This document shows positions 19,409-29,582 of a DNA stretch of 64,000 nt, in pieces. Position 1 is the stretch's first letter, and each line of letters starts with the position of its first letter. Made by a program: the position numbers and the translations under genes. The notes under the pieces were generated by a model that saw only the letters and a list, made by a program, of their open reading frames with translations, had not been told where the DNA came from and ran no database searches. Source of the DNA: Cyanophyceae cyanobacterium. Its GTDB lineage: Bacteria > Cyanobacteriota > Cyanobacteriia > Cyanobacteriales > Laspinemataceae. The stretch is taken from positions 1-64,000 of the forward strand of contig JBBQFN010000019.1 of assembly GCA_038321985.1 (NCBI GenBank), in the 5' to 3' direction.

Positions 19409-21913
19409 TTAAAGAGATTGGGTGCGTTCTAAATAGATTTGGGCGACTTTATCTCCCGGGTTGATTCGTAGACATTTTTGGAAGAACCGGGCCGCTTCGG
19501 GATAGGAGCCTTTATTGTAAAGCTGGATGGCTTCTTCAAAGATACTTTTGGTGATTAATTTGCCTTCGCGGATGGCTGCGGGGTCGGCATCAAAGACTTC
19601 ATAAACGGAGACAATTTCTGATTTGCCTTTAACCGTGACGCGATCAATATGTCTAATATTATAAACATTGGGGTCCTCTAAACCGCAAAAAGTGCGATCG
19701 CCAATTAATAAGGATACTCCATAATTTTTGGTCAAGCCTTCGATGCGGGAGGCTAAGTTGACTGCATCGCTAATTACGGTACTATCCATGCGTTTGGGTC
19801 CACCCACGGTTCCCAGCATTAAAGAGCCGGTATTGATGCCAATGCCGATATGAACCGGAAGATAACCCGCTTTTTCTCGGCCTTGATTATAATCAGTGAG
19901 CTGCTTTAACATAGAAATTCCGGCTTTAACGGCATCATCAGCGCTGCCGCTAAATAAGGCCATAATTGCATCGCCAATATATTTATCAATAAAGCCATTA
20001 TTCTCGGCGATCGCCGGTTCCATACAGGACAAATAAGAGTTAATAAATTTAAAGTTATCTTCGGGTGTCATCTTTTCCGAAAGGGTTGTAAAATCTCGGA
20101 TATCGGAAAATAAAATGGACATTTCCATTTCTACGGCCTCCCCAAGTTTGACTTCTACAATACTTTCATAACCCAGAAAATAGAGGAATTCATGGGGAAC
20201 AAAGCGCCCATAAGCATCGGTTAATTCTAATTCAGCATCTAGGGCATCTTCTAAGTTTTGATTCAGTTGGAAAAGTTCTTTGGTAAACCGTTCTCGTTCG
20301 GCTTCAACTTGTTTGCGATCGGTAATATCTTGAAAGGCCGCCATTGCATAAGAAATACTACCATTGTCGTCATAAATTGGGGTTCCCCAGGCTTCGATGG
20401 GGATAGTGTCATCATTGCGGCGAATTTCCATATCGTCGGCCCGGGTCCGATCGCCTTTGAGGGCGCGGACGATGGGTAAACTTTCAGAAGGATAGAGGCG
20501 ATCGCTTCCCGCAAAATAAATTTGATAAACCTCGGATAACTGATGGGATTTGACAGAGTAGATTGCCCCTTTTCCTAATAACTGTTTCGCCTTTTGATTG
20601 GTATAGTAAGGCATCCCCTGGGCATCGAGAACGGCGATCGCCACCGGCATTGCTTCGAGAAACTGGGTTAATTGGCGTTGGCTGTCTCGCTGGACTCCCC
20701 GGCTGTAGTATCCCGCGATCGCGATCGCCGAGGTCGTTAAGGACACGATAGGAGAGACAACAGGAACCCACCAACTGTTAAGAAAAGCAACATAACCCCC
20801 CATTAAACTTCCGAGACTCCCCAACCCAATCCAGACCGCAAAAATAGCCCATCGCCAACTATAATTATTTCTAAATATTCGAGCTTGAAGCAATGAATAA
20901 GAAACCGTTGCACCGGCCAGAGAGTTGAAAGCAATCCAGAACCATTCCACCGAATCCGGCCAGACTTGAAGGAAGGGACGACCGTCGAGGGCAGCACTTA
21001 AGATTTGCGCAGTCGCATTAGCATGAATTACCACCCCAGGCATTCGGATTAGGCTATTGCCATTCGCACTGTATGGGGTCAAAAATAGATCATTCAAACT
21101 TTCAGCACTCACCCCAACTAACACCACGCGATCGCGGATTAAATCAGGGGGAATGCGCTCATTCAAAATATCGGTCATTGAGATACGTTTAAAATTATTT
21201 TCTCTCCCTTTATAGTTCAGAAAAATTTGATATCCTCCCGTATCTGCCCGGACATATCCTCCTTCATTTCCTTCTAAAGGCATAAAGTGGGCCTGACCCA
21301 ATTGCAATTGGGAATTATCCGACTCCACCGACTCTAAAGTAATTCCTTCGGCTGCTAAATAAATCAAACTCAGCTTGACCGATAAACTTAATTTCATCGT
21401 TTCATCGTTAACCACAGAGAGTAAGCTGCGACGGACTTTTCCATCAGCATCTAACACCAAATCTGCCATTGCCACCTGTTCAAGTTTTTCTAAAATGGGT
21501 GAGGCTTGGACGCGATTGCCCACGACTTTTTCTACCCCAATTAAATTTGGGGTAGACTCAAACACTTGTTGTAATTTTTCACTCCCGGGTTGAACCGGAA
21601 AATTCCGATATAAATCAATTCCAATCACCCGGGGCTGATGTTTTTTAATATTCTCTAATAATTCGGCTAAAATGGCATCTGGCATCGGCCATTGTCCGAT
21701 TTCTGTAATATCTGGTTCATCAATAGTAACGATTACAATTCGAGGGTCGATGGGTTCGGAGGGACGGTAGCGAAAAAATAGATCTAACGTCGCCCACTCT
21801 AACAGTTGAAATACTCCCCCTGAGTTAGCGGCAATCACGATCGCAGCAACAGTGGGGGCTGTCATCAAGACCCCGCGCCATTTCCAAACTTGCTTTCTGA
21901 CCTTTAGCCACAT
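19409..21913 (-). CDS. CHASE2-PAS class III adenylate cyclase with C-terminal TPR
   Basis: CHASE2 DPRIVIVTIDE/GQWP/PGVVIHA, 3 TMs, PAS, LFSDIRDFT, DKYIGDAIM, STVISDAVNLASRIE. Confidence 0.92.
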   Translation of the reverse strand: MWLKVRKQVWKWRGVLMTAPTVAAIVIAANSGGVFQLLEWATLDLFFRYRPSEPIDPRIVIVTIDEPDITEIGQWPMPDAILAELLENIKKHQPRVIGIDLYRNFPVQPGSEKLQQVFESTPNLIGVEKVVGNRVQASPILEKLEQVAMADLVLDADGKVRRSLLSVVNDETMKLSLSVKLSLIYLAAEGITLESVESDNSQLQLGQAHFMPLEGNEGGYVRADTGGYQIFLNYKGRENNFKRISMTDILNERIPPDLIRDRVVLVGVSAESLNDLFLTPYSANGNSLIRMPGVVIHANATAQILSAALDGRPFLQVWPDSVEWFWIAFNSLAGATVSYSLLQARIFRNNYSWRWAIFAVWIGLGSLGSLMGGYVAFLNSWWVPVVSPIVSLTTSAIAIAGYYSRGVQRDSQRQLTQFLEAMPVAIAVLDAQGMPYYTNQKAKQLLGKGAIYSVKSHQLSEVYQIYFAGSDRLYPSESLPIVRALKGDRTRADDMEIRRNDDTIPIEAWGTPIYDDNGSISYAMAAFQDITDRKQVEAERERFTKELFQLNQNLEDALDAELELTDAYGRFVPHEFLYFLGYESIVEVKLGEAVEMEMSILFSDIRDFTTLSEKMTPEDNFKFINSYLSCMEPAIAENNGFIDKYIGDAIMALFSGSADDAVKAGISMLKQLTDYNQGREKAGYLPVHIGIGINTGSLMLGTVGGPKRMDSTVISDAVNLASRIEGLTKNYGVSLLIGDRTFCGLEDPNVYNIRHIDRVTVKGKSEIVSVYEVFDADPAAIREGKLITKSIFEEAIQLYNKGSYPEAARFFQKCLRINPGDKVAQIYLERTQSL

Positions 21914-22131
21914 CTGTTATTGGTATCCAGAAAGGACGAGAGAATCTGGATTCCTCCCAAATTCTATATGACTTCTGTTAGTTTTGTGATGGGAGTAATG
22001 AAGTTTCAGACCCCTGATCCGGTTTGCGGGTTTAGGTTTGAGCAATTTGATGTTTCATGGACGATTGGCTTGGCATCCTGCGTTCCCTAGATTAGACAAA
22101 CCCAATCCCACCCTTTCCATCGTCAGATCCT

Positions 22132-22163
22132 AAAAAAAGAAGCCGGGAAAAATTTTTCCCGAC
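22132..22163 (-). terminator. Rho-independent terminator after the DUF928 gene
   Basis: Minus strand gtcgggaaaaatttttcccggc followed by ttcttttttt. Confidence 0.55.
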
Positions 22164-22246
22164 TGAATAAAATGGCAACGGTTTAACAGGCACTGGGGAT
22201 TAAAATCCAGGATGTTATAAACTCTCTCGACTCCCCAGAAGTAACC

Positions 22247-23035
22247 TTATTCAGGTTGGATTGGTTTGCTGGCAATTTCCTCAAGTCCAACGGACGTTAA
22301 GACCTCGGTCCAGGTTGCTAAGATGCTGGGGTCATTGGGAGTTGACTCCCGAAGCTGGGCTAAGGTTGTCATCATTTCATACCAAATCCCGGCCTTTCCG
22401 TACTGCTGGGCCAGTTCTAGGGTGGGGTCGGCAGCTTGGTCTACTTGGGTTAGGGAACGGGCTTCTACTCGCCGAATTTCTCCCTCTACGCCAGGACTAT
22501 CGGGTTTGAGTCCGCTTTCCTCGACCAGAATAAAGGTCCAGCTATAGGTTATTCCAATTTCTAAAGCCGGTGCATCTTCAGGTAAGGAGAATGCTAAGAC
22601 GGTATTTTCCCCTCCGGCAACAGGAATTTTAGTCTGGTAATGATGATTGTTATTTTCATCTTTGAGGGCAAAAAATATTTCTCTTGCTGAAGTTTCTGGA
22701 ATGTACAGATAAAATGTAGGACGTTCTGCTACAGTCAAGCCGTTATTTGCGCCCGGAGTGAGTGGGGTGACGCATTGACTGGAGAGGACTGTTGTTTGCA
22801 AACAGGGATTTGCATCTCGGGATGCACCCCCGGCTGTATTTCTCGGTTGCCCCTTTCCGGGAGGATTAAAGGTGGCCTGGGCGATTAGCTGGGTCTCTAA
22901 AAGTTGAACCCTGTGAGTACCGTTGCTTACCGAGGTCTGGGCCTGGGCTTGAGTGGCGATCGCCCCCAACCCTCCCAGATGGAGGGATAGGGCGAATAAA
23001 ATCGTTAGTGGTACATTAGTCTGTTGCCTTGCCAT
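22247..23035 (-). CDS. DUF928 domain protein with signal peptide
   Basis: N-terminal hydrophobic segment/AQA; PPGKGQPRNTAGGASR, GLTVAERPTFYLYIP, YGKAGIWYE, WTEVLTSVGL motifs. Confidence 0.88.
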   Translation of the reverse strand: MARQQTNVPLTILFALSLHLGGLGAIATQAQAQTSVSNGTHRVQLLETQLIAQATFNPPGKGQPRNTAGGASRDANPCLQTTVLSSQCVTPLTPGANNGLTVAERPTFYLYIPETSAREIFFALKDENNNHHYQTKIPVAGGENTVLAFSLPEDAPALEIGITYSWTFILVEESGLKPDSPGVEGEIRRVEARSLTQVDQAADPTLELAQQYGKAGIWYEMMTTLAQLRESTPNDPSILATWTEVLTSVGLEEIASKPIQPE

Positions 23036-23489
23036 AATACATTTACCCCTTTAGGAGGATGTGCCGCTTCCTTAAAGTTTACTACAGTTCCCGGCTCGAT
23101 GTTAAGTCCTGCTTGATGAGGTTTTATAAAGTTTTATTAAAGTTGGCCTTTTTTATTTAAACCTGACTGCTTTAAAGGCACTTTTCCTGAGCGGATTTCC
23201 CGATTATTTTCTATCAGGGGAATTTTTTATGTTCACCCCTAAAGGTCATTTTGGGGTTGCTGGCTGGATGGGAACTTCCATAGAGAGGGAGTTGAATTCC
23301 CCGATTTTTCAATCTTAAGTCAAGCCCTTAAAAATAGGGATTAAATTATTAACATTTTTTTAGAATTTCTTTTAAAATCCGGTTTAGAAGAGGGCAACCC
23401 TTAACCCCTTTTTCCCTCTTCTGAGATTCTACAAAATTAGGGAGCGATCGCAATTAAAGCAAACCACTCAGTCTTAAATGGGATACTCT

Positions 23490-23513
23490 GAGCGAGCAAG
23501 ATGCTTGCACTCC
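23490..23513. repeat. Short cyanobacterial dispersed palindromic repeat
   Basis: gagcgagcaagatgcttgcactcc, an imperfect palindrome resembling agcgagcaagatgctcgcact-type repeats. Confidence 0.4.
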
Positions 23514-23588
23514 AAGGGTTGGCTAATTTTCTAATCTCCATTTTAAACAGGCAACAGGTTACCCAGGGGGTCGGATGCTTTTTGTACT

Positions 23589-26372
23589 TTAAAGCCAATT
23601 CCCCACCAAAATAAAGGGTGCCCAGTAAAACGGATGCTGATACTGGGTTTGGTGTAATAAGGCGACTTGAGCGCGACGTAGGGCCTCAGCTTTGCTCATG
23701 TTAGCGGCAGAGAACTCGCGGTAAAAATCAGCCATCAACTGAGAAGTCGATTCGTCCTTCACGGACCACAATGTTGCTAACGTAGAACGTGCGCCCGATC
23801 GCACCGCAAATCCAGCTAATCCCAAGGCGGCACGGTTGTCTCCGGTTGCAGTCTGACAGGCGCTTAAAACGAGCAATTCAATCGGGTGCAGGGAGTTGAA
23901 ACCCCTGCGGTTTTCTCGCGATCGCAGTAAGGTTTGAAATTCTGCCATCTGAATTTTCTCATCATAAGTGAGAATAAACGTTTCCTCGGGATTAGAACTA
24001 AACTGTCCGTGAGTTGCCAGATGCACCACCGGATAAGATGTCTGTTCGATCTGTTGCTTCAGGGCAAGGGCGGTAAACTCCTGATTTAAAATAGTATGAG
24101 ACGGGACATTTGAGGCAATTTGAGCCAGTTCCCGAGCCACTCCAGGCAAGGCGTTAAAGCCTTGGCGAGCTTCTGTTAATCCGGCAGTTAAGGCGCGCAG
24201 TTCCTCCCGGGCGATCGCCTGGGGAGCAAGCAATTGTAATCCCGGGGTGAGGGCAAGGCTATACTTTTCGATCAGATACTGCTGTGAGTCATGTAAAACG
24301 GCCATGGGTAGATTTCGGAGCAAGCCATCCAGAACGAATACCAGGGTTTTAATATTTCCTGCGGCTAAACTCGTTTCTGCGGGTCGGATCAGCCAGTCAT
24401 ACACTTGTTCCGATAACTGTAACCGTTCCTGATTGGAGAAAAAGGGATTGAGAGATTCGAGTAAATGATTGAGAGTACCCTCCACCTTAGTAGCTGATAA
24501 TTGGGTGGCGTAATGACGCAGGGGTTGTCCTGGGAGGGAGAGAATCACTTCTAGGCGATCGGGTAAAATAATCGGATAAATGGCGGCAGCACTGGGGTCT
24601 ATTTCGTCGATCTGCACGGGCTGCACGTCTAAGCAGGCTTGGCGAAAGAAGTCCTCTAATTCCGCCAGTTGTAGCGCTTCAATCGTTTCCCGGGCTTGTT
24701 TGAGTTGCCCTTGGGTGGGATTGGAGTTTAACAGTAAACCAATCAGTTCTCGATAGATGGGTTCGACTCGGGCTTGAAAGGAATATTGCACATCTACAGA
24801 AATGGCGACTAAGTCTCGGCGCAGGATAGCTAGACTCTCCACAGCTTGAGTGTAAGCGGCGATCGCCTCGTCTGTCTGACCCTTCTGCATCAAAATTCGC
24901 CCGAGTTGCCACTGCCATCGCGCCGCAATCTCGGTGGCATTGATACTGCTGGCGATCGCTAGAGCCTGTTGGGTTAATTTTTGCGCCTCTGGTAGCTGGT
25001 GGGTGCGTTTATACAGGTATCCCAACTCCCCGAGAGCGTAGGATTGTGCACGGGGGTCTTGGAGTGCATTGGCGTCTTGGATAGCGGTTGCCAAGATCTG
25101 GGCGATTTGTCTAGCACTGATCGTCTCACTACCGGACCCCTCCAGCAGTTTCAAGGCATTTGATGCGAAATTCACGCGAGCATAGACTGCCGCACGACTG
25201 GGGGGGAGGGTTGCCAGTTCCGGGGTGACTAGGTTTAAGAGCGATCGCGCGGTTTCCCACTGTTGGGTTTCTACAAATAAGCTGAGTTGATTGAGTTGGG
25301 CATCTATTTTGACCCTGGGTACGATAGCCTGGGTGACGGCTTGCTGATAGTAAGTGAGGGCTTCTTCCCGTTCCTGCAAGGCTCGGGCAGTATTTCCTAA
25401 ACTCAATAAAATCGGGCTAAGATCGGCGGTAGACTTTAAACCCTGGGCAACTGCTAAACTTTGTGCTAGCACCCGTTGCGATTCTCGTAAATCCCCCCCG
25501 ACTTGCAAGGCATTTCCTAGGCTTCGCAATCCGGTTACCTTCACGGTAGAATCCGGTTGAGATTGCAGTTGTTGGTTAACCTGCTCTAACAGCATTTGCG
25601 CTCGCCGGTACAGTCCTAAGACTTGCATCCCTTGGGCTTGGTTGATTTGGCTTCCCAAAGCTCCCGTCATATCCCCCACCAACCGATAGACTGATTCGGC
25701 TTGTTTCCAACTGTCGAGGGCGGCTTCTGGTTCTCCCTGTGCCAGTTGCAAACTCCCCCGAGTATTCAGGGCTTGGGCGAAAATCTGTTGTGAGAATGCT
25801 TCGGGGGCTGAGGAACTCGGGGCTTGTCGGGTGGGGCTCGCGGATTGATCCAGGAGGGATAAACTTTGAGCGATCGCCTTTTGAGCCGGTTCCCACTCTC
25901 CCAATTCTTGATAGGCGAGGGAGAGATAGTTGAGACTGAGTGAGTGATTGAGGCGATCGCCACTTTGTTGATAACGATTTGCGGCGCGGGCCCAGACTGC
26001 TACCGCTTCCGCAAACCGGCCCCCTTGATAAAGCTGCCTTCCCTGGTTTAGTAGGGTTACCAGTTCATCCTCCACCGGCTGAACCTGGAGTTGTGACAAC
26101 TGGGGGCGATCGCCGGAATTTCCATTGTTGGTAGTAAAAGTGAGGGATTGTGAGGGGACTGGATGAATACCCAAGGCGACTGCCGGTAAAACCATCATGG
26201 CTAATCCTAACCCCATCAGGAAAGCTAGACCCCTTACGGGCAGTTGACCCCCCCTAAAAAGGCGATATTTCCCGTGGATTAAGCGTGATCGACATCGGCT
26301 GATAAATTGCGCCCACATTCGATTTATAAACTCGATACCACCGCTCAAACTGCCTTTGGATGAGATTGCCAT
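23589..26372 (-). CDS. TPR-CHAT (caspase HetF-associated) protease, probably exported
   Basis: TPR helices; catalytic dyad VHLATHGQF and LVLSACQTA; HPFYWAPFILVGNW end; hydrophobic LAFLMGLGLAMMVLPAVALG near the N-terminus (true start may be downstream of 26372). Confidence 0.92.
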   Translation of the reverse strand: MAISSKGSLSGGIEFINRMWAQFISRCRSRLIHGKYRLFRGGQLPVRGLAFLMGLGLAMMVLPAVALGIHPVPSQSLTFTTNNGNSGDRPQLSQLQVQPVEDELVTLLNQGRQLYQGGRFAEAVAVWARAANRYQQSGDRLNHSLSLNYLSLAYQELGEWEPAQKAIAQSLSLLDQSASPTRQAPSSSAPEAFSQQIFAQALNTRGSLQLAQGEPEAALDSWKQAESVYRLVGDMTGALGSQINQAQGMQVLGLYRRAQMLLEQVNQQLQSQPDSTVKVTGLRSLGNALQVGGDLRESQRVLAQSLAVAQGLKSTADLSPILLSLGNTARALQEREEALTYYQQAVTQAIVPRVKIDAQLNQLSLFVETQQWETARSLLNLVTPELATLPPSRAAVYARVNFASNALKLLEGSGSETISARQIAQILATAIQDANALQDPRAQSYALGELGYLYKRTHQLPEAQKLTQQALAIASSINATEIAARWQWQLGRILMQKGQTDEAIAAYTQAVESLAILRRDLVAISVDVQYSFQARVEPIYRELIGLLLNSNPTQGQLKQARETIEALQLAELEDFFRQACLDVQPVQIDEIDPSAAAIYPIILPDRLEVILSLPGQPLRHYATQLSATKVEGTLNHLLESLNPFFSNQERLQLSEQVYDWLIRPAETSLAAGNIKTLVFVLDGLLRNLPMAVLHDSQQYLIEKYSLALTPGLQLLAPQAIAREELRALTAGLTEARQGFNALPGVARELAQIASNVPSHTILNQEFTALALKQQIEQTSYPVVHLATHGQFSSNPEETFILTYDEKIQMAEFQTLLRSRENRRGFNSLHPIELLVLSACQTATGDNRAALGLAGFAVRSGARSTLATLWSVKDESTSQLMADFYREFSAANMSKAEALRRAQVALLHQTQYQHPFYWAPFILVGNWL

Positions 26373-26602
26373 CTGTTCCCTCTCTTCCCCATGAAATAAC
26401 TATCCCCTTTCTCTCTCCACCCAAGATGCGCAGATTCAGGGTAGGGATTCAATTTCCCCACCCCCGGTTTAAGGAGACTCCTCCCTCCCTCTCCCCTCTT
26501 GAAGGGCAGGGGACCGGACTTGTGGAAGGTTTCCGACTTTTTCTGCGGAAGTTCCCCGACTTAAAGCATAAGTTTTGGCGTAGAATTTAGCTAGATGTTA
26601 GG

Positions 26603-27160
26603 CTATTCCATTAAAGAATCTTCATAAATTTCGGTCAGGGGTAAGGTTAATCCCAGGGATTCTAAATGCAAGTCTTTTCCTGGACTTAAAATTGTTTGTT
26701 GCCACTGACCTTGAGGGGTTTTGCGATAAATTTCAATCGCCTTTTTTTCTTGAGGAACGAGTATATATTCCTGAAAACTGGGTAATTTTTGATAGGCGAA
26801 AAACTTCTCCTGACGGTCCGTGGCGACGGTATTAGAAGAGAGAACTTCAATAATTAACCGGGGTTGAGTTTTAAAGTTGGGATTACCCTCTTCTGGTTCC
26901 CCAGTCACCATGACATCTGGATAATAGGCTACATCTGCCGATGAAATCCAGAGTTTCATCTCGGCAGTAAAGACTTGGTAGGGAGTATCCCGCAGGCGAT
27001 CGTACAGTCCCGAACCAATATTAATAGCAAGGCGATCATGTTCAGGACTGAGGGTTTCAATTTCAAATAATTGACCCGCGATATAGTCATGGCGAACGGG
27101 ACTGGTTTTTTCCAATTCGAGATAGTCCGCAAACGCCAAGGTTGTCGGTTCATCGTCCAT
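26603..27160 (-). CDS. Uma2 family (DUF820) PD-(D/E)xK endonuclease-like protein
   Basis: YYPDVMV, PRLIIEVLSSNT, DRQEKFFAYQKLPSFQEYILV. Confidence 0.9.
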   Translation of the reverse strand: MDDEPTTLAFADYLELEKTSPVRHDYIAGQLFEIETLSPEHDRLAINIGSGLYDRLRDTPYQVFTAEMKLWISSADVAYYPDVMVTGEPEEGNPNFKTQPRLIIEVLSSNTVATDRQEKFFAYQKLPSFQEYILVPQEKKAIEIYRKTPQGQWQQTILSPGKDLHLESLGLTLPLTEIYEDSLME

Positions 27161-27510
27161 TTTCGGAGTACCACAGAGGGGTTAAATCTTATATTACCGG
27201 GTTCTGGCCCTCGTTAAGGCGATCGCCTCCTCACCCTAGGATGATTTTAAGCGAAATTTGGAAATAGCCACAGTGCCTCGGGGGATAATTTCTGATATCC
27301 CTGCCTAGTGTGTGGGTTCCCGGTATTAAGATTAGCAATTTTGGTAGAAAGGGGAGGCGATCGCCCAGAAAATGTAGAGTGGGATTAGCCTAATTGCAAG
27401 AAATTCAGATAAATTGTGAGTGAATGAAGAGAATCCGTTAAAAATTGGGGGGGAAAGTTAAAATTCCCTAACAAAGAGGTAACAAAGGGGGAGATTGACC
27501 CGAGGTGAGA

Positions 27511-27738
27511 TTAACTCATTTGTAGCCAGCCGCGCCGGACTGCATAAACCAGGCGATCAATAAGGGTAATTTCCTCATCACTAAGTTCTTCTTCTAAAAG
27601 GGCAACTTTAAGAAATTGCCGATCGCGTTCGGTAATGCGACCGACGGAATAAATATGAGAAAATACATCGGTTACCGTTAGGTTCGGGAACTGATAGATA
27701 GCATCGATGATCATCATAAGAATTTTCCTAAGTTTCAA
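27511..27738 (-). CDS. Small conserved cyanobacterial hypothetical protein
   Basis: GRITERDRQFLKVALLEEELSDEEITLIDRLVYAVRRGW resembles a recurrent cyanobacterial small-protein family; start uncertain. Confidence 0.7.
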   Translation of the reverse strand: MKLRKILMMIIDAIYQFPNLTVTDVFSHIYSVGRITERDRQFLKVALLEEELSDEEITLIDRLVYAVRRGWLQMS

Positions 27739-28018
27739 AATTTCTATCGGCTTCTGAAGCTACCATAAACGCGATCGTCTAGATTCAACCACCGCAGATT
27801 TATAGAAATCGATTCTCCGTAAATTCTCGGATACCCGGACCCGTATATTCTCGTATTTCGGAAAGTAGAGGGAAAATTACTGAGTAAACTGCTTTTAGAA
27901 TTGCCCTGAATTCCCCCCCCAGGGTCACGGTTTCCTCATGCCCAGGAACCCTGTCAGGGAACCGATGTTGCAGATTCAGGGAGGTAGGGAGAGATCGGCT
28001 GGGAATGCTTGCCCCAGT

Positions 28019-29455
28019 CTACTTCAGGGGCGATCGCCGGCTGTCTGCTACCCCACAAATTGCCGCGAGTACCAACCATCCTAAAATGTTAACCCGAGAG
28101 TCAAACAGGGTGACATCGAAGAGGTGAAATAGGGTACAGCCGGCAAAGGTGACAAGGTAGGTGAAAAAAATTAAGCGATCGTTTGTCATCATCCCAGGGA
28201 TAGAGGAAGTCGCTTCGGAATTTCCGCCTAAAGGCATAGAGTACCAATTTTGTAACACTAACACCCCTTGGGCTAAGATCCAACCGACTAAACCAGACAA
28301 TAACAGGACCCCCGGAATCCCAGTTTCCGCACTCAACATCAAAAAGAGGTTGTGGGGATGACCCATCCAGACTTGAGTCTGGGCTTCGTAGAGGTCGGTA
28401 AAAGTTCGCAACCCCCAGCCCGTGAGGGGGCGATCGCGGGTGAGTTGCCATGCAAACTGCCATTGCGTGGTGCGTAAGGTTGCCAGGGGGCGATCGGGAT
28501 ATAACTGGTCCGTGATTCGCATCCAAAAATAGGCGGGAACGACTCCTTGCAACCCTTGCCGTAGGGAGTCAGGACCGAAAGCAGAACCCAGTACCGCCAT
28601 AATCGCCCCGCCAAATCCCAGTAGCAACCAGCGCCATCCTTGGTACAGGATAAATGCCAACAGGACCAACAAGGCAAGCGCCCATCCATTGCGGGAATTG
28701 GTTAACACCAAGGCTACCCCATTCGCCAACAGCGCCAGAGTCAAAAACAGCAACCCCCAGGCAACTTTTCCCTCCTCCCCTGTTACCGAGAGGTCAATGG
28801 TTTTCACCACCCGGGGATCACGGGGATCGCGGACCTTTTCCTGTTGTTTCGGCTGTTGTTTGAGGGTGCGCCATGCTTGAAACGTCTCCACCCACAGCCC
28901 CAAACCCAGAGTCAGTGTCATTAAAAAATAACTAGCCAAGACGTTGGCATATTCAAACACTGAAGCCATCCGGCCCGGGGGTGCGCCGGTTTCGTCCAAA
29001 CGCCAATCCAAAATTAATCCTAATTTGACTGGCCCCGCCCATCCCCAAAATAACTGACCCCAGCCAATCACGGCGATCGGGATCGACGTGGCGATCGCAA
29101 TCCAAGCAATTCGCCGCATCTGTGCCGGAGTCTGGATCAGCAGGCTAAACGTGACAAACAAGGCAAAGTAGGGCAGAAAATTAAATAACCCCAGGAACGC
29201 AGTCAGGCGATCAGTTGCAAAAACCGTACTCAACAGGAACCATAGGGCCAGCAGCGCAAATCCTTTGTTCAGCGATCGCCCGTTAATTTCCCGATACCGT
29301 TGTTTCCAGGTCCCAAACAGGGCCAACAACAAACCCATCCCCCCCAGTAAGGGACTCATGGGTAATAAAAATAGCCCCACTTGGGCGCTATTCCACCAGA
29401 GTTGTAACCGGCGATCGGGATGGTAAACGGCACGAAGGGGTAAGGATTTGGTCAT
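28019..29455 (-). CDS. O-antigen ligase family membrane protein
   Basis: Multi-TM; GRMASVFEYAN, LTNSRNGW, PLTGWGLRTF, HPHNLFL. Confidence 0.88.
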   Translation of the reverse strand: MTKSLPLRAVYHPDRRLQLWWNSAQVGLFLLPMSPLLGGMGLLLALFGTWKQRYREINGRSLNKGFALLALWFLLSTVFATDRLTAFLGLFNFLPYFALFVTFSLLIQTPAQMRRIAWIAIATSIPIAVIGWGQLFWGWAGPVKLGLILDWRLDETGAPPGRMASVFEYANVLASYFLMTLTLGLGLWVETFQAWRTLKQQPKQQEKVRDPRDPRVVKTIDLSVTGEEGKVAWGLLFLTLALLANGVALVLTNSRNGWALALLVLLAFILYQGWRWLLLGFGGAIMAVLGSAFGPDSLRQGLQGVVPAYFWMRITDQLYPDRPLATLRTTQWQFAWQLTRDRPLTGWGLRTFTDLYEAQTQVWMGHPHNLFLMLSAETGIPGVLLLSGLVGWILAQGVLVLQNWYSMPLGGNSEATSSIPGMMTNDRLIFFTYLVTFAGCTLFHLFDVTLFDSRVNILGWLVLAAICGVADSRRSPLK

Positions 29456-29582
29456 GAGTCTTTGACAAGATGAATCAGGAAGGATGAAAGCGTTACTCAG
29501 AAATTAAGAAACGACGCAAGTCGTTACTCCGAACAGTCCCTCATCTCCTGTTTCTCCCCTTTCTTCCTGAACAACAACCGGA

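Noticed and set aside
26603..27160. Uma2 gene as a defence partner of the CHAT cluster
   Set aside because: Uma2 paralogues are abundant and scattered in cyanobacteria, so adjacency is likely incidental.
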